From Blasia pusilla (lineage: Eukaryota): DNA of 64,000 nt. Numbering within the stretch: the first letter of the stretch is position 1; every line of letters begins with the position of its first letter. The translations under genes were made by a program, and so were the position numbers. The stretch lies in the NCBI GenBank assembly GCA_050084515.1, contig CM114271.1:26598001-26662000 (forward strand), read 5' to 3'. This document shows, in pieces, positions 63,010 through 64,000 of the stretch. Under the pieces are notes generated by a model. The model searched no databases. It was not told the DNA's origin and was given only the letters and a program-made list of their open reading frames with translations.

Positions 63010-63247
63010 TATCTTACTTAGGTTGATTTTAGATTGCGGGTATTTGATATTGAACATCCACTTCTTCTTTTGTACCATGACTTTGAATGACTTCCTTGAA
63101 TGAAGAGAAGCCCAACAAATTTGTAATTTATCTAACTTAGGTTGATTTTAGATGATGGATGTTTGATATTTAACATCCACTTCTTATTTTGCACCATTGC
63201 TTTGAATGATTGCCTTGAATGAAGAGAAGCCTACAAATTTTTAATTA
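63010..63247. repeat. About 119-bp diverged tandem duplication
   Basis: TATCT.ACTTAGGTTGATTTTAGAT...CCTTGAATGAAGAGAAGCC occurs at about 63010 and again at about 63129. Confidence 0.85.
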
Positions 63248-64000
63248 AAAAAATTATATGAATATAATTTAAGAAAATAGGGTAAATAATCCAATTCCTT
63301 AAGTATTAAAATTGTCGAGGATAGGTTGTGATAGGACATTGTCATATGTTGAGTTTTCTGTGTGTTCAATTTTCTCATACTCATAGACATCACTACACAT
63401 TCTACGTCATTATTCACATCTATACAACAAAAATATCGATCTTCCCTACACACATGTAGATCCTTACATATATTAAAATATACATACACATATATACCAA
63501 TACCACAAAATCGAAGTAAAAATGGCTCACATGGCCAACTTGACTCTCAAATCTACATGTAGTCTTCAAGCCAGATCCATCCTCCGTGATGAGGGAATAT
63601 GGACTCTTACACTTAAGCTCCTACCAAGGTTCAAACAAAAATTTAAACACAAAGTTTTGAAAAGGGAAATTTTTGAGATTTTTAAATAAAGTCAAAAAAT
63701 CTTGGCATCAATTTTTTTTCTCAAGCGCAAGGGTATCAGCGCCCGTAGTAAGCAATGTGGAGGGAGCCCACGCACCCGACACTATTTTATAGTGATGCAT
63801 AAGGCACTACGCGTTGTATCATGGTGTAAGATGAGGTCAAGTGTCGCAACATGATATCGGGTGAAGTGACAAGTGACGCATCTGGGCATCAAATGAGGCT
63901 TTGGGTTATGTTTAGGGCGCCCTACGAGCTTGTTAAAAGTTACAAGGCGCAAAATGTATTATCAAGCATGTTTAAGAGAGCCCAAAAAACCATATCCTCA

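Noticed and set aside
1-64000. CRISPR arrays, rRNA/tRNA genes, prokaryotic operons
   Set aside because: None seen. The repeats lack unique spacers and the genes have spliceosomal introns.

Overview
Eukaryotic, intron-rich and transposon-rich land-plant DNA. A non-flowering lineage is inferred from an RTE-X-like LINE and a non-LRR NB-ARC gene; this is not proven. Three host genes could be spliced by hand into continuous reading frames. (1) A + strand STAND/NLR-like gene with NB-ARC, ARM-like and TPR regions and no LRR (about 4.2-7.7 kb). (2) A 17-exon - strand PYROXD2-like FAD oxidoreductase (12.3-29.2 kb) with a full-length Copia element in intron 8. (3) A 2-exon + strand receptor-like kinase (44.6-47.9 kb) whose kinase is of the L-type lectin RLK clade but whose ectodomain looks like a copper-less phytocyanin (ENODL-like) domain instead of a lectin; this is the most novel-looking feature. 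The rest is mostly mobile DNA: a decayed intron-containing Helitron with an F-box-like insert, a three-deep nest of hAT MITEs with 8-bp TSDs, a second decayed Copia, the LINE, solo-LTR-like pieces, mini-Helitrons and micro/minisatellites. All domain calls are by-eye motif recognition; no database searches were run.
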